This document shows positions 31,706 to 49,118 of a stretch of DNA of 64,000 nucleotides, in pieces. Under the pieces are notes generated by a model. The model had not been told where the DNA came from. It did not search any database and saw only the letters and a list, made by a program, of their open reading frames with translations. How positions within the stretch are numbered: the stretch's first letter is position 1; the number at the start of each line of letters is the position of its first letter. The stretch lies in NCBI RefSeq assembly GCF_009914755.1, contig NC_060932.1. One strand, given 5' to 3'. This DNA is from the human T2T-CHM13v2.0 reference genome, Homo sapiens. The translations under genes were made by a program, and so were the position numbers.

Positions 31706-32640
31706 ATAAAAGTGCTAGTGAGAGATGAAGGTAGTCTGAAATGGGGTGGGGAGTGAGCCAGGAATCTGAGAGACATCTGGGAAGGTAGGATTTGCAGGGC
31801 TGGTGAATGGCAGATGTGAGGGAGAGGAGAGCCAAGAATGACTTCTGATTCCTGTTTGAGTGTGTGGCTGTCCCCTCACTGAGATGGATGCAGAGTGAGC
31901 AGAGAATGTTCACTAAGAGAAAGACCATCCAACACCAAAACCCAACTCCATTCTTGAACTGGAGAGCTTTTCAAAAAAGGACCCTGTAGAGACTGGGGGG
32001 TGCAGAGACATCTCCATGCGAGTGGTTGGGGGAGAAGTTAGTAGCAACCCAGATGACCTCTCCTCAATGCTGAGAAGAGGAGGTGCAGGTAGTCTTCCCA
32101 GTCTTCCCACCTGCCAGATACTGGTGCCTGGGACAGCTTCTCTCCAGCTCCCAGACAACCTGTAAGAATCAAGCTGCTCCCGTGGGCCCGGGTTCCTCAT
32201 TAGGACATATGACCTGTGATGCCGGTGACCTTTGATATTCCCTGCACACCAGAACCAGAGTCATTCTATGTAAAACAGCTGCTGAAAAAAAAAAGAGTTA
32301 TGAATTCTACTTCTTAATGTGCTAGCCAGAGCAATAAAATTTATTCTCAATACTAATTCTGTAATTTAAATTTATTATCTTTGTGCTTTACAGTATCCAT
32401 AGCAGTAAAATCTATTCCCAAGAGTATGATTACAATTTCCAACTACTTAAGAAGGAATTTTTTTTTGTTTATGTTTTAAAGCCACAGCAATAAAATTTAA
32501 CACCAACAATACTACTACAACTTTGTATGCCTTAAAACTTGCCATAAATGATAATTGTGAAAAGAATGTAGGGAAACATGTAAATGTTTTTTCCAGGAGA
32601 AAGTAGCTTTTTTGGTTTGTCTTATAGAGGTTCAGATTCT

Positions 32641-33213
<573 letters not shown>

Positions 33214-33479
33214 TAACAGAGCATTGGAAACACACTCCTTTCCACTTAGTCCACAAGTGTTGTTGATTCCACCTCCTAAACATTTCTTGAATTGGCCCAT
33301 TTCTTTGTCTACGTGACCCCTGAAGCTATGTGCTATTGCTCTAGTCTGGGGGCTACTATCTTGTGCCAGGGCAAGTAATGTGGGCGTTTCAATGTCCACT
33401 ATCCCACTGTATAATCAAATCTCCACAAAGCGGCTAAGAAAAAATTTTCAAAACAAATCTTGCCAGTTTTCAGGAAAAC

Positions 33480-34370
<891 letters not shown>

Positions 34371-34387
34371 TTGAGAGAATAGGATAG

Positions 34388-34771
<384 letters not shown>

Positions 34772-35506
34772 TAATTAACAGATTTTTTTACTGAATACCT
34801 ATCTTATGCAAAATTGAGTAAGATGCAGCTTTTGTTTCCCAGAAGCTTACCATCTGGTAGGAAAGGAAAGACCTACATTGGTGAAAAGCTAAGTAATATT
34901 AATAATAACAATAATAATACTACTACAAGACATAAGTCAACAACATGCAAAATAGTCAAGAGCTAGCACAAAAAAAAATTGAAGTTACAGAACACTGTGC
35001 ATGGTATGCTACTTTTTGTATAGGTAAAGAGGAAAAAAAATCTCTAGTCTTGTTTGCTCTAGTCATATGTGTATAGGCAGAAAGGGCACATGTAAAACTG
35101 AAAAATTGTTATCTATTTAGGAGAGAGGAGAACCAAGCCAGAAAATACTTTGTACTGAATAGCTTTTATACTTTCTGGTTTTGGAAAACATGTGAATGTG
35201 TTGCATATTCACAAATTTAAAGTGAAAAATACTCTCATCTCCTTCCTCACAGCAGATCCTTATCAGATCCAGATCCTATTACCCTTGGTATATAATCAGA
35301 AGTCCTTTTCCTGGCTTTTCAGGACGGCCACAGTCTGCTTCTGTGTCCTCTTGTCTCGTGCCTGTCAGCCCTTGAGCTCTGAGCTCCCCAATGCTGGACT
35401 CTGAGACTCTGAGCTCTGCCATGCTCCCTCTAATGTGGAATTCAACAAACCAGGACCTCTGCTTGGCTTGTTCTCTTTCACCCTTTGGCCTGATCAAGCC
35501 CCACTC

Positions 35507-35833
<327 letters not shown>

Positions 35834-37770
35834 TGAGATGCCACTTTCTCAGAGCAGCCTTCCCATGCCATCCCCTGGGCCCAGTCAGCTCCTTGCTTAA
35901 GTCCCTTTACTATATGCTCTCAAAGAATGGCCCATGTCTCTTCTGGTAAGGTAATATGTCCAATTTGTAAGAATTGTCTGACTTTATATTTTTTACTCAT
36001 CTGTAAACTCCATGAGAGCACAGTTATGTCTCGTTTTTTTTCCTGTGTTCTATCACCTATTTCCAAGCTTCGTATTGAGTGGAGTTTAATATAGAATGCT
36101 TAGGAGAGGGAGCTGCAGTTATAGGAAATAAAGAGAAGATCATTTTGCCCGTGCATGATACATAGACTTCAGGAGGAGACGGAGTTTCCCTGAGAAGCAA
36201 AGAAAGAGAAAGACTGCTGGAATGATCAGAAAGACGTGGATGAGACGTAAACAAGAGGAGCCATCTGAAGCAGAGGTCTCCCTCGAATCAATGTAATGGA
36301 GACAAACATTTGTACTGGAGAGAAAAAACCTTCAGGAGTTTATTCAAAAGGAAAAGGAAACAACTAGGATAGGGGTTCTTAGAGAGTGTCCCTGTTTGGG
36401 AGGTCAGTGAAGCTCTGGCAACTGCACAAAAGCTCCATGGAGGTATCTACAAGCATTTTTTTTTCCTGAGTAAACTCGATTGCTTTTTGAGGATTCTAAA
36501 AGTCTGGAGATTTAAGAACTAAAGATCTTGTCAGGCTTAGGCAAATTAAGAAGAGCAAGACATGACCCGTGAGGCAGGGAGAAGTGGGAGGTGAATTTGA
36601 GAAGTGTTTCAGAGGAAAGAGCAGCAGTGAAGGAAGGGGAGGTGGTCTGGAGGGCATTAGGGAAGGTCATGGAAGGACAGTGAAACTCAGTGGAGGAGCC
36701 CTGTCAGGGCCTGGATTGCCAGCAGGTCATTCGTTTCCTTGAATCTTGCTTTTACTGTGAGGAAGAAGAAAGGGGGCTGGAGCACTAAAAAGCCACCTCC
36801 TTATCAGCCTCCTGATGTGGCCATGAAGGGATGAGAAAGAGCCCTAACACCTGGAAAACAGTGGGGCTTGTTCTTGCTTTAATTTGTTCTGTCTGTCATT
36901 TCCACCACAAGTGGTGTACAGATGATGACGGTCACCACTGATTGGTGGGAGGGGCTGCCCCCAGCCCAGCTTGCTCTCTAGATCTCAATACATTTCTGGA
37001 ACTGTGAAGAGAGACTTTCAGCCTCTCCCCACCCTACACAATCTAGTCTCAGTTAATGTCTATACTGCCAGTGTGGAATGGCTCTATGCTTCATTTCTGT
37101 CACGTCTCCAGTGTGGAATTTGGCTCTAGCACCGGGCACTCTAGAAGTGGTTTCAGACAGTGGGAAGGAAACCTGTGGGCCCCACTGTGTTCTCATCTGT
37201 GCTTCTCTTGCTGGCTGGTGTCTCTGAGCCAATCGCTTCACCTCTGTGCCTCAGGCTTCTCATCTATTAGATGGGCATAACAACCATCCTGAGCCCAGTG
37301 GGCTGTGGTGAGGATGATCTGGTTTAATACACAGGAAACCCTCAGGGGAGCCCTAACCACATAAGCTGCTTGATAGTTGGCCCCTCTGACTGCCTCCCAG
37401 CCTGGTGGAAAGGCAGCTCCTCCTGAATAGCCAAGATGGGTCAGCCCTAACGTGACCCATTGCACAGCGGCTAGCACCGCCTCTTACTGACCTCCCCCAT
37501 CAACCATTTCTCTAGAGCTACCATCGGGTGGCAGGTTTAAGGTGATGCCTGCCTGTCCCTGGGGCAGGCAAGTTTTTGTCCAGTGCTTCTCCTGTCTTTA
37601 GGGAGCTGGGAGATGCCATTTTCTTTTCAAGGCCATGGAGTGAAAGTCAGAAGATGTGTTTTTATTCTTTCTCTGGCCCCTTGTGATTTTGAGATTCTGA
37701 ACTAGTTCCTTTCTGTCATGGAGCCTTTCTGTCCTTGCTCCTAAACTGAATATGTAGGCTGTTGGGAAGG

Positions 37771-38144
37771 TGCATTAGTCTGCGAGGGCTACCATTATGA
37801 CGTGCCATAGACCAGGTGGCTTAAACAGCAGAAATGTGTTTCTTCACAGTTTCGAAGGCTGGAAGTCCAAGGTCAAGGTGTCAGCAGCATTGGTGTCTCC
37901 TGAGGCCTCTCTCCTTGGCTTGCAGATGGCCATCTTCTCCCTGTATCTTCACGTGGTCCTTCCTCTGTGTATGTCTGTGTCCTAATTTCTTCTTATAAGG
38001 ACACCAGTTGTATTGGATGAGGACCCACCCTAATGACCTTGTTTTAACACAGTTATCTCTTTAAAAGCCCTATCTCCAAATACAGTCACACTCTGAGGGG
38101 GTTAGGACTTCAATATATAAATTTGAGGGGGACATAACATAACA
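37771..38144 (-). mobile_element. MLT1A/B MaLR solo LTR
   Basis: tg.attagtctgc.agggct.cca..ggtggcttaaac..ggctggaagtccaag.tcaaggtgtcagca..tctccaaatacagtcaca..ataaca. Confidence 0.85.
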
Positions 38145-38430
38145 AAGGGTTGAACCAGAAACTGTATGTTAAAACTTGGCATAAAGCAAGCATTTGGTAA
38201 ACAGCAGTTAAAAATATTGATGCATGTCCCCGCACTGTGTTTTGCTAAGCAAACCTGTGGTCTGTGAAGGAGGATGAAGCTGCTACTCTGACTTGGCTGA
38301 ATTAGCAGTCAGGCCCTATTTTCTTCTGTTTCACAGGGCAGATCTCTTACAACAATGCCTCTCTACCTGATGGGCTACCACTGGCAAGGGGTAAATGAGT
38401 GGTGAGCTGATGACATTAAAAAAAATTTAT

Positions 38431-39934
<1,504 letters not shown>

Positions 39935-41695
39935 TTCTTTTTTGGCTGCAATGCTATTGAATGGAAAAATCTATTTGGTAAATCTCCTTAGCCTACATAT
40001 TATTAGGGTTATTATGACATCATCTCTTTTGTCTGGATTTTGCTTTTACTGGTCACATGCCCTGTGTCACTGGAGCACGAGCTCACAGTTGGCATCTTAT
40101 GAATAAAGGAAAGTCTGCCTGAGCCATTTGGGTTGCATGCAATATCTTTACAAAATGGCTTTTCAGTATCTCTTCAATTAAAACAAAAGCAAGCCAACAG
40201 CAGCTATCACAACAACAAGAGAATGAAGACAGTGGGAGAAGGAGCTACTTGGTTCCAGATATAAGAAAAGTGGAAATTTCTCTTTTAGCTGGATCATTCT
40301 CTTGGACCCTCTACCACCAGGCCCACCTTGGACAGCTTCAGAACGGTAGCTGAGACTGCTATTGGGCCTCTATTCTCTTTCTTCTTGTTCCCAGGTTCCC
40401 AGGTGACGAATGCCACCACCAGTTATGTATTCCTTTGTGTGGTGCTCTGGTGGCTCTCTGTCACTCAAAATGTCCCTCTAGCTGAGGTTAATGACTGTGA
40501 GCAAGGACTTGCTCATTGGCACCTACCCTTCTTCAGGAGAGAAGCACACAGAGGCTTTCAAGCCCTGCGCGATTGCCTGCAACCTCTGACTCTCCAAGGC
40601 CTCTACATCCTGACCTTCTCTGCTCTTTTAGTTAATGACAATTATAATGTTCAAGAGGCACACCACTGAGGCAAGAGGCCTCAGCTAATTGGACTACATG
40701 ATTAAATGGAGGTAGATTCCCACCCTCACCCCCGTCCCCACCTTAGTACACAGCAATGTATATTTCAAGAGTATAAATAATGAAATTAAAAAAAAAAGAT
40801 CTGAAACCTAATAGAGGTTTAAAATAAAAAAAATTTAAATTTGGATTTTGGGAAAAAATATTCCTGGTTGCAATTTTTGATTTTCTTGATGGATGGATTT
40901 GCTTCAGGTGGGGGATGTCAAAGGCTCAGGTGTGTGTGGCGGGGGATGGTGGACTGCAGCTGCAGTGCGGAGAGGCCAGATGGCTTGTAAGGAAGGAGCG
41001 AAAACTCGGGGAATTCTAATGATGAGAAGCCCTCAAAGAGCTTTCAGAGAGCCGGCAGACATGCTGGGAATCCTGGGAGCTGTCGCAATTAGCATCTAGA
41101 AATGACTGTAGGACATCCTTGCCTAAAATACAGGTTTACAGCACAACACAGCCTCAGCATCTGGAGTGTGTGCTGAGAACAAATACACAGACCAGCCAAC
41201 TATATACATATTTAGCATCTATATGCATGCACATATATTTATAGATCAGATACAAATCATATATATACACATATAAAGGTTGTACACATTGTTAAATCTA
41301 TGCTGATTAGAATGGAGTCAAATAGGGGGAGGGTGGCTGACCACAAGGGTTCACAGTCTCCATCTGTCATGAACTCTCCTATGTCGCTATCAGGAATGAG
41401 TCCCTGGCTGCCTTTCTGGGAAGGGAATGGCTTCCTGTGGTGATGAACGAAGCCAGCCAAGTGCAGGTCGAGGCATGCTCTCCACCCTCCCTAGAAGCTG
41501 TGCCACCAACGAAAGGTGAGGCTGCCACCATCACTCAGGCTGCAGTGCAGCTCTCTCTTGAGCTGAGAAGAGCCTAAGACTTTTTTCTTTTAAACAGTAC
41601 AGGATCACCTTGAATAACTAATGTTCTAAGATTCAAGTGGAGTTCACTCAAAAAGGTCATAGCCCTCTTGGGACTCTTTCTAGTCCTTAAGGTGC

Positions 41696-41740
41696 TTGTG
41701 TGTGTGTGTGTGTGTGTTTGTGTGTATGTGTGTGTTTGTG
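41696..41740. repeat. (TG)n microsatellite, interrupted
   Basis: tgtgtgtgtgtgtgtgtgtgtttgtgtgtatgtgtgtgtttgtg. Confidence 0.85.
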
Positions 41741-43149
41741 GAGGACGGTGGGAAGGTTGGGAACAGGTTGGAAGGAAGGCGTCATCTTCCTCTTTTTAAG
41801 AAAAACAGATGCACTGAGTTTGTGATTTGCCCGTTGTCTCTCAGAAGAAAGGAACCCATGTGTGGACTCGTAGTTGAGTGCTCCCTCAAGGAGGATGTAA
41901 GACAAAAGGAGAAAAGTGCCTCGTCCCACTCTTTTACTGACAGTGCTGGGGCTGGTAGTTGGCAGCGATTTGAGAGCAGGACATGCAGAGGGAAAGGAGG
42001 GGTGCTGAGTCAATGCTGGAGGGCTGGCTGGCAAGTCCTTACCCACACCCTACCTACTTCCTGCCTATCCCACTATCATCTGCCACTTCAGCCCCCTCAG
42101 CCTTATTCAGTGAACTTATTTGACCTTGATTCCACTGCCACAATGTCACACCGGAATACCCGACTTAAGTTTCATATGAAGTGTTTGCCCTGGTGGTGAG
42201 GGGTAAGGGGTGAGGGTGGGGGCGTCCTGTCTTCTCTGTGGCCATGAGAGCCTCCCTGCCTGTTTGGCTACCATCACACTTGGTGACACAGGAGATGGAT
42301 TAGGGGACAAAAAGAATTCCTGCTGAGCTTGGGGGTACTGTAGGAATTCCATTTACTTCCCCCACCCCCTGCCTCTGGCTAATTTGTGCCTTTTAGAGCA
42401 ATGCTGCATTTTCTGCTATTTGGGTTTGTTCCGGGTCTTTGGAGGGGAATAAATATGACCCTGAAAGTCTCAATTTAAAAAGGAAGAATCCACAGCAAAG
42501 CAGTGTATTTGTATTTGTATTTTTTGCAGCTTTTCCCTGCACCTGTAGTAGAGGTTTGCTGAGCATCTCACCCAGTGTCAGCTGAGTTGCAGGTAAAGTG
42601 GCTTGGGCTGCCGGACTCTGTCTGCTGGGATTTTCTTTCTTCTTTTTCTTTTTTCAGTATTTATTTGCCCCCAGGGAGTGCTACAAAACACATTGAGGAT
42701 GAGAAAAAAAGAAGCACAGAGATGAGCCTCCCAGGTTTTACAGCCCAGAGTGGTTTGAGAACCCAGGAGACAGTCCTGCCATTGAGGGCCAGTGTCTTGG
42801 GGTGTGATGGGCATGTGTGGGATCGAGGCGACAGAGGATGGAGTGCAGGGTGGGAGAGGACTAGTGATAGCATTTGAGATCCAAATCTCACTCTAAAGCC
42901 AGCTCAGAGCCAAACCAGGGTGTTTAGCTCTAAGACGGAGCAAGACTTCTAGCTGGTTAATTCCCTTCAGCTTAGCGTGCAGTGCTACTACTGGCTGGCA
43001 GTTACTGTGCAAAGGAACATGGGCAGAGAGCCAAGAGAAGAGGAAGCGACCTGGGTAAAGCTGAACTGAGCAGAGGCCTGGGGAGAGGTGTGACAGGCCA
43101 GAAATCAGAATGAGAACATGGAATAGTATTTGATGAGGAAGTGAAACAG

Positions 43150-43325
43150 TGGGGTATGGTAGAAAGGCATTGCTCTCTGGGGGCAGAAGACCTGGCTCTG
43201 ACCTCTGCACTTTATGAACTGGGAAGCTTTATTAAAGAGATTTACCATCTGTAAAATGGAGCCAGTGATCATCTCCACCCTGCCTACCTCACAAGGATAT
43301 TGTGAGAATTAAATGAAAACATTAA
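43150..43325 (+). mobile_element. MIR
   Basis: ggtagaaaggcattg..cagaagacctgg..catctgtaaaatgg..cctgcctacctcacaagg.tattgtgagaattaaatga. Confidence 0.7.
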
Positions 43326-44911
43326 AGCCCCACAACCCCAAATCCATGCCAACATACCACCTGGCCAACTGTGATCACCTAACAAATTTGTTTGAATAAG
43401 TAAGCAGTATAAAACAGAAAATAGATAAAAGATGATTAATAAAGCAAGAGGGAGCTAGGTGGAGAAGGTAAGAAAGAACCAAATGGTGATAGTGTTGGCA
43501 AAGGCATCAGACTCACTCAAAAATGGCGGAAGAGAGTGGCAGTGTCCAATGGCTGTATAGCAGTACTCTTGCTGTGAACACCTGGAGTACCAGCTACTGT
43601 GCTGATGGGTGGGAGGGAGGTACAGGGAGAAAGGTTCACAGGGGAGAAACGACTGGGTGAAAGCGGGTAAGAGAAAGTCTAACAACTTTCTGTTGTCTGT
43701 TTTAGGGAGGCTGAAGGGATAGGCAGGAAGTTGCATAATAATCAGACAGATGGAGTTGGCTTGGATGGGTTAGAGTTGAAAGTGAGGAAGAGCTGCATCT
43801 GAAGCCTGAGGCAGGTCACCTTATTTGAAATTCAAGATACAGGAGTTCTTTATTCAAAATGGCAATCTTAGGAAGAGACTAACAATTTTCTCAGGAGAGA
43901 CAGTATTCACTGATTTGCTCTGAATCCAATGATTTGGTTCAAATTGGAAGTTAAAGCAAACATAAAAGAGACCAGAGAAAGAGAGTCCCATCTCTAACTG
44001 AAGAGAGGGCAAGTGAAGCTTCTGTAATTCAGTGTCATGAGACAAAAAGGAAAGGATTTCTGGAAGGAGGTGACAACACTGTTTCTCTCAGGAAGGGAGC
44101 CAGTGAACATGGAATGATTGTAGTTGATTTAAGGGGTAAAAGTTGAGAGGCAAAGGACAGCTAAGGTTGAAAGGGCTTCTCTGAGTAGTTCTTTTGTTCA
44201 TGGGCAAGATGTTGCTGCTGACGGGTTCAAGGGGAGTGGGAGGGCACAGGAGACGTGAGAGGGATGATGGATTGCCGATGAACCTATGAAGAATGAGGCA
44301 AAGCAGCATGAAACCATTTGTTTGGGCTTTATAGATTTTCTAATAAAAACGTCAAAGATTTTTCACACCATTTTGAAAATGTCATCTAATGCAAAACAGT
44401 TCTCCTCATGCTTGTGACAAAGGCTGAATTTCCAATGGTAAATTCCAGCTCAATATGTAATAACAAACCTTGTGGGGTTTTCCTGCAAGTCAAGCCAGGG
44501 GTCAGGTTTGGTCCAGGGTCCTTCATCAGGGTGACCTTTGACCCTTCACAGTGACTGAACCCTCCCAGTAGAACCCAGAACTTTCCTAGTTGTGAGGTAT
44601 TTGGCAAGTGATTGAGGGTTGGTGTTAGCCCAGTGGGAGCATCAGGGAGTCCACTTCTGAACCATATTTGGGGAGTGGAGTTCAAATCTCTGAGCCTCTG
44701 ACTCAGTCAGGTTCTTCCTGGTGCAGCCATTAAAAACACCTTTCAATGGACTTTCTTGTCTGTAGTCTCCCCAACTTGCAGTCTACCTCACACACCCCCT
44801 TAAAGTTATTATCATTATTATTTTAGAGCATCTCTCATCAAGTAACTTCCCAGCTCAAAAACCTTCAATGACTCCCCTGTGGCGCCTTTTGCTGTTTCCA
44901 TTTCATTGTAT

Positions 44912-45048
44912 TTTTTGGTCTTATTTTTGAGTTAGGGTCTTGCTGTATTGCTCAGGCTGGTCTCACTTGAACTCCTGGGCTCAAGTGATCTTCCTGCTTC
45001 AGCCTTCCGAGTAGCTGGGACTACAGGTGCACACTGCCATGCCTGGCT
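44912..45048 (-). mobile_element. FLAM (free left Alu monomer)
   Basis: caggctggtctc..gaactcctgggctcaagtgatc..gagtagctgggactacagg; single monomer. Confidence 0.8.
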
Positions 45049-45051
45049 CCC

Positions 45052-45360
45052 ATAACATTTTTATTTAACCCAAGAGATCCAAAATGCTATCATTTCAAAA
45101 CACAATCCACATCAGAATGATGACTAAGATATTTTCTATCCTTTCTTCATACTGAGCTTCAGCATCCAGTGTGTGTTTCACCAGTTACAGCACATCTCAA
45201 TGTGGAGATTACATACTTAATCTGTATTTTGCTTTCATAAGATTTACAGGTGAAAGAGAAGATTCGCAAACCAAGTTGTCCAAACACACCTTACAGTTTT
45301 CTAATAACTGAATCAAATATTAGTCTTTAGAGCTGAATTAAATTTGAATCAAATGACAAA
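45052..45360 (+). mobile_element. MER33/Charlie5-like hAT fragment
   Basis: ttttatttaacccaa.a.atccaaaat..tatcatttcaa..tacagcacatctcaat. Confidence 0.55.
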
Positions 45361-45747
45361 TCCTTGTCTTACTGCAGAGTAGTTTCCCATTGTATGGATG
45401 GACCACTCCCCTTTGCCTTTTAAATCAAGTGCAAACTCCTTTGACTGGCTTTCTGCATCCTAATTCCTTTGCAGCTTTATCTTCTTTCATTCCTTGGCAT
45501 GTATCCCAAGCTCCGGCTAAACTCAACTACTTTTCCCCAACCCGCAGTGCTTTGCCCCTCTGGCTCTGCACTGCTGGGACATTCTTCCTTTACACCATCG
45601 TTGCCTATTGAAATCCCACCATTCCTTCAAGATTTGTCTCAGAAGCCACTTTCATGAAATCTTTCCTGACTCTCTCAATCTGTCGACTGTAATTTCTCCT
45701 TTCTTTTGAACCCTCTTTAAAGCATGTTGTGCCTTCAATCAACCCAC

Positions 45748-46043
45748 TTTTTTTTTTTGAGACAGGGTCTTGCTCTGTTGCCCAGGCTGGAGTGCAGTGG
45801 TGCAATCTTGGTTCACTGCAGCCTCCGCCTCTCAGGCTCTAGCAATCCTTCTACCTCACCCTCCTGAGTAGCTGGGACTACAGGCATATGTTACCATGCC
45901 TGGCTAATTTTTGTATTTTTTTTTGTAGGCATGGGGTTTTGCCATGTTGCTCAGGCTGGTCTTGAACTCCTGGGCTCAAGGGATCCTCTCACCTTGGCCT
46001 CCCAAAGTACTGGGATTACAGACAAGAGCAACTGCACCCAGCT
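45748..46043 (-). mobile_element. AluJ
   Basis: J diagnostics; TSD atcaa(c/t)ccacttt. Confidence 0.9.
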
Positions 46044-46089
46044 GATCAATCCACTTTAACATGTATTCTAGTTCCTGTATGCTTGCTTG

Positions 46090-46391
46090 TTTTTTTTTTT
46101 TTTTTTTTTTTGACAGAGTTTTGCTCTTTTGCCAAGGCTAGAGTGAAGTGGCATGATCTTGGCTCACTGCAGCCTCTGCCCCCAGGTTCAAGCGATTCTC
46201 CTCCCTCAGCCTCCTGAGTAGCTGGGATTACAGGTGCCTGCCACCATGCCCGGCTAAATTTTTTTTGTATTTTTTAGTAGAGACGGGGTTTCACCATGTT
46301 GGCCAGGCTGATCTTGAACCCCTGACCTCATGATCCACCTGCCTCGGCCTCCCAAACTGCTGGGATTATGTGTGAGCCACTGCACCCAGCC
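46090..46391 (-). mobile_element. AluS (Sg-like)
   Basis: Full antisense dimer; TSD tgtatgcttg. Confidence 0.9.
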
Positions 46392-47494
46392 TGTATGCTT
46401 GTTTAATCCAAGATGCTCATTTCCTTGAAGTAGAAAATCATGCCTTACACATTTGTGAGCCCCCTATACTTACCATCTGCAATAAAGTTTGAGTTGCCTC
46501 CTTGTGGGCCACCATGGTTGGGAAAGAGAGAAAGCATTCATCTTAAGAGTCAGTCTTCTTTTTGAGTTCTTCTCTATTAAGTTTTCCTTGCTAAAAGGAT
46601 CATATATGGTGGAGGGTCTGGTAGAAAAGGAAATAAGAAGGCAGGGCCTTGGGGTTTTGTGTCTTGGTCTAGTCTAGCATATCAAATCTGCTGCCTTACA
46701 TTTTGCTTTTGCAGGTGTGTCTTTCCTGGGCCCAGAAGCAGAGCCCAAGAGTGGACTTGCAAATATGCTGTCCTCTTCCCTTGCTGGCTCTCTGCAGCTC
46801 AGAGGTACACAGTTAAAAGGCAGACAGATAGGTAGATAGAGAGAGCGGTTTCTGAGAAAATTCTGTTACACTTGAGTAACTTCTAGAGGGACTTGCTCTG
46901 GGGGGTCTCTGGTTGGGTCCTGCTCCAAACATTTCCTCTTGGATCTTCTAAGCATGAGGTTGTCACTGCATGTCCCCCAACACTGGAAGGGGTCACTTTC
47001 AAGGATTAGAGAGAACATAGGAATTATGTTTTTTGACTTAAAAGAAAAAGTATGGTTCTGGGGAGTGGATAGAGGGAAGGCAGTAAGGGTTACTGTGATT
47101 TTTCTCAGAACAACACAGGGGTCAACTCAACAGGCTCACCACCTTTGGCCTGTCAGGAGCCACCAACATGTTGGAAGTCAAGTGAGCGAGGTCTAGGCAA
47201 GAGTTTGGTAGTATGCAGGAAGATATCTCTGAGAAGCTTAATAAAGCAGCTCCCAGCCACAATTTCTGGGGTGCAGGAAGCCACTGCAAGGATAACTGGC
47301 AATGACTCAGTTTGTTAGTCACAGAATTTGATGGTTTAGCTCTAGATCTACCAGTGCCTTATGGTAGAATCCTGAACTGGTCCGTCTTGTGCCCAGGTTT
47401 CCATATCTGGGAGAGATTGTTACCTGTCATTTCTGGCATTCTGACCAAACATTATGACTGTTTTGGCTTTAAGATGGAAAGACATGCAGCCTTA

Positions 47495-47790
47495 TTTATT
47501 CATCTATCCATTCGTTCATTCACTTAACAGATATGTATGACATACCTGCCATGTACCAGGAGAATACAGCAGTGAGCAAAACAGATGAAGTTTCTGACCT
47601 CATACACAAACTAGCACAAGTAAATATAGATACACAATATTAGGTGGTGAAAAATTCTCAAAAGAAAGATAAAGACAAGGTAAGGGGTCAGGAGGTAATG
47701 CAGTGCTGTTTCAGACAAAGCAATCTATCATTTGAGCCTCATTTGAGGGGGTGGCATTTGAGCAGGGATCTGAATGAGGTAAGAGTGTCC
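47495..47790 (-). mobile_element. L2a 3' end
   Basis: attcatctatccattcgttcattcacttaacagatat.tatga..acctgccatgtaccagg..aatacagcagtgagcaaaacaga. Confidence 0.7.
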
Positions 47791-47849
47791 CTGGGGAAGC
47801 TCCCAGGTACCTGAAGAGAGAGAGGAGTCGATTCAGACAAACGCATAAT

Positions 47850-47970
47850 AAGTTCTGTGAGCCTCAGTTTCCATGGTTTAAAATAAGGCTAATAATGCCG
47901 ACCTGGCAAGGTGCTTATGTGGATTAAATGCAATAGCACATATAAAGTGCTTTGCACGTGGTAGAAAGCC
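47850..47970 (+). mobile_element. MIR
   Basis: tgagcctcagtttcc..taaaataagg.taataat..ggattaaatg..taaagtgcttt. Confidence 0.6.
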
Positions 47971-49118
47971 TCGGGTGGGTGTTTCAATGTTAGCGGATGC
48001 TCCTTTATATAACTTGGGTGAGTAGACTGGGAGCTCATTCTGTTCTTCCCCAGGACCACTTCAATCTGCAGTCTCTCCAGGCTTCTTTCTCAGCCTGTAA
48101 AGGGAGGAAACAACTCTTGTCCCTTCCTCAAAGGAATGCAGGCAGCCAGGTGAGGAAGCATCCATAAGAATGCATTGAGCCAGCTCTTGGGAGAAAGGTC
48201 CCCAGAAAGCCAGAGCCATGTGAGAGGCCAGCCCTGACTGAAGGCTCAGTTCAGACTCCAGGACCAGGCCTGGTCTTTAAAAATGTAAGGTTTAGACTGT
48301 GGCACAGACAGATTTGCTAGCACAAGAGAGAGCTGGGAAGAGAGCCAGTCCCCAGGATGGAGGCTCTGCAGAAGGGCAGGCTCAGAGTGACCGCCAGGAA
48401 GCAACAAAGCAGCGACACAAACAGGAAGCTGGCGACAGGGTGGGGCCTGCGCGGGCCTGGAGGAGCCGGCAGCAGGGCTGCGGGGGAGCTGGGATGCACC
48501 CGTAACGCACCCTGGGGCAGGAAGGGAGGCCTCTGCCTGGGCCCCGCGGTGAGGGTTACCTGCCATTCAAGTACCAAATAAAGCTTCCCCTTTCATTTTT
48601 CTTAAAAAGGACATCAGAAAGCTGCCTATTTTGTAACCCCCTCCCCAACTCCCATCTCCCATATCTGTCGGGAAAGGTGTTTTTTGTTTGTTTGTTTTTT
48701 GTTTAAAACAAAACAAGACAAAACAAAACAAAACCCTCCTTCTTACCGATATACACATCCACCTGGTAATTAATGAAATGCCATTTCATCCCAATGTCTG
48801 TCATTGCACTCTGCTGAGTCCAGAAGCTGGGAATCCATGCCAGCCTTATTATTTAGAAAACTGCCCGATAGGGGCATCTTGCAGATGACTGACTCCCAGT
48901 GACAACAGGATCTGCATCTAAAATAACATGAGTAGATTGCGGATTGATTCATGGGATCCAGCATGGAGCAGCCCAAACTCCATCCTTCCAAGTTTCATCT
49001 CCGAACTCCTGTCAGTCTCAAAATTGATAGAACAGCCTGAAGCCATTAAACAGAGTTATGTCAGCAATCACCTTTCTCATTCTCTCATATGGGTGCGAAT
49101 ACGTCAAGGGGACCCAGG

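Noticed and set aside
41696-42199. 167-aa ORF, and the 100-165 aa ORFs around 56200-57200
   Set aside because: These start in a TG microsatellite or have low-complexity, C/S/P/L-rich random composition; no recognisable domain or exon chain.
42200-42222. G-quadruplex-type motifs (also ~53793-53824 and the L1 3'UTR at ~39780)
   Set aside because: Such motifs are very common in mammalian DNA, and there is no supporting context.
46690-46810. Possible exon 46715-46804 (ttttgcttttgcAG ... AG|GTACAC)
   Set aside because: The donor is weak and there is no coding signal; such acceptor-like tracts occur by chance many times in the window.
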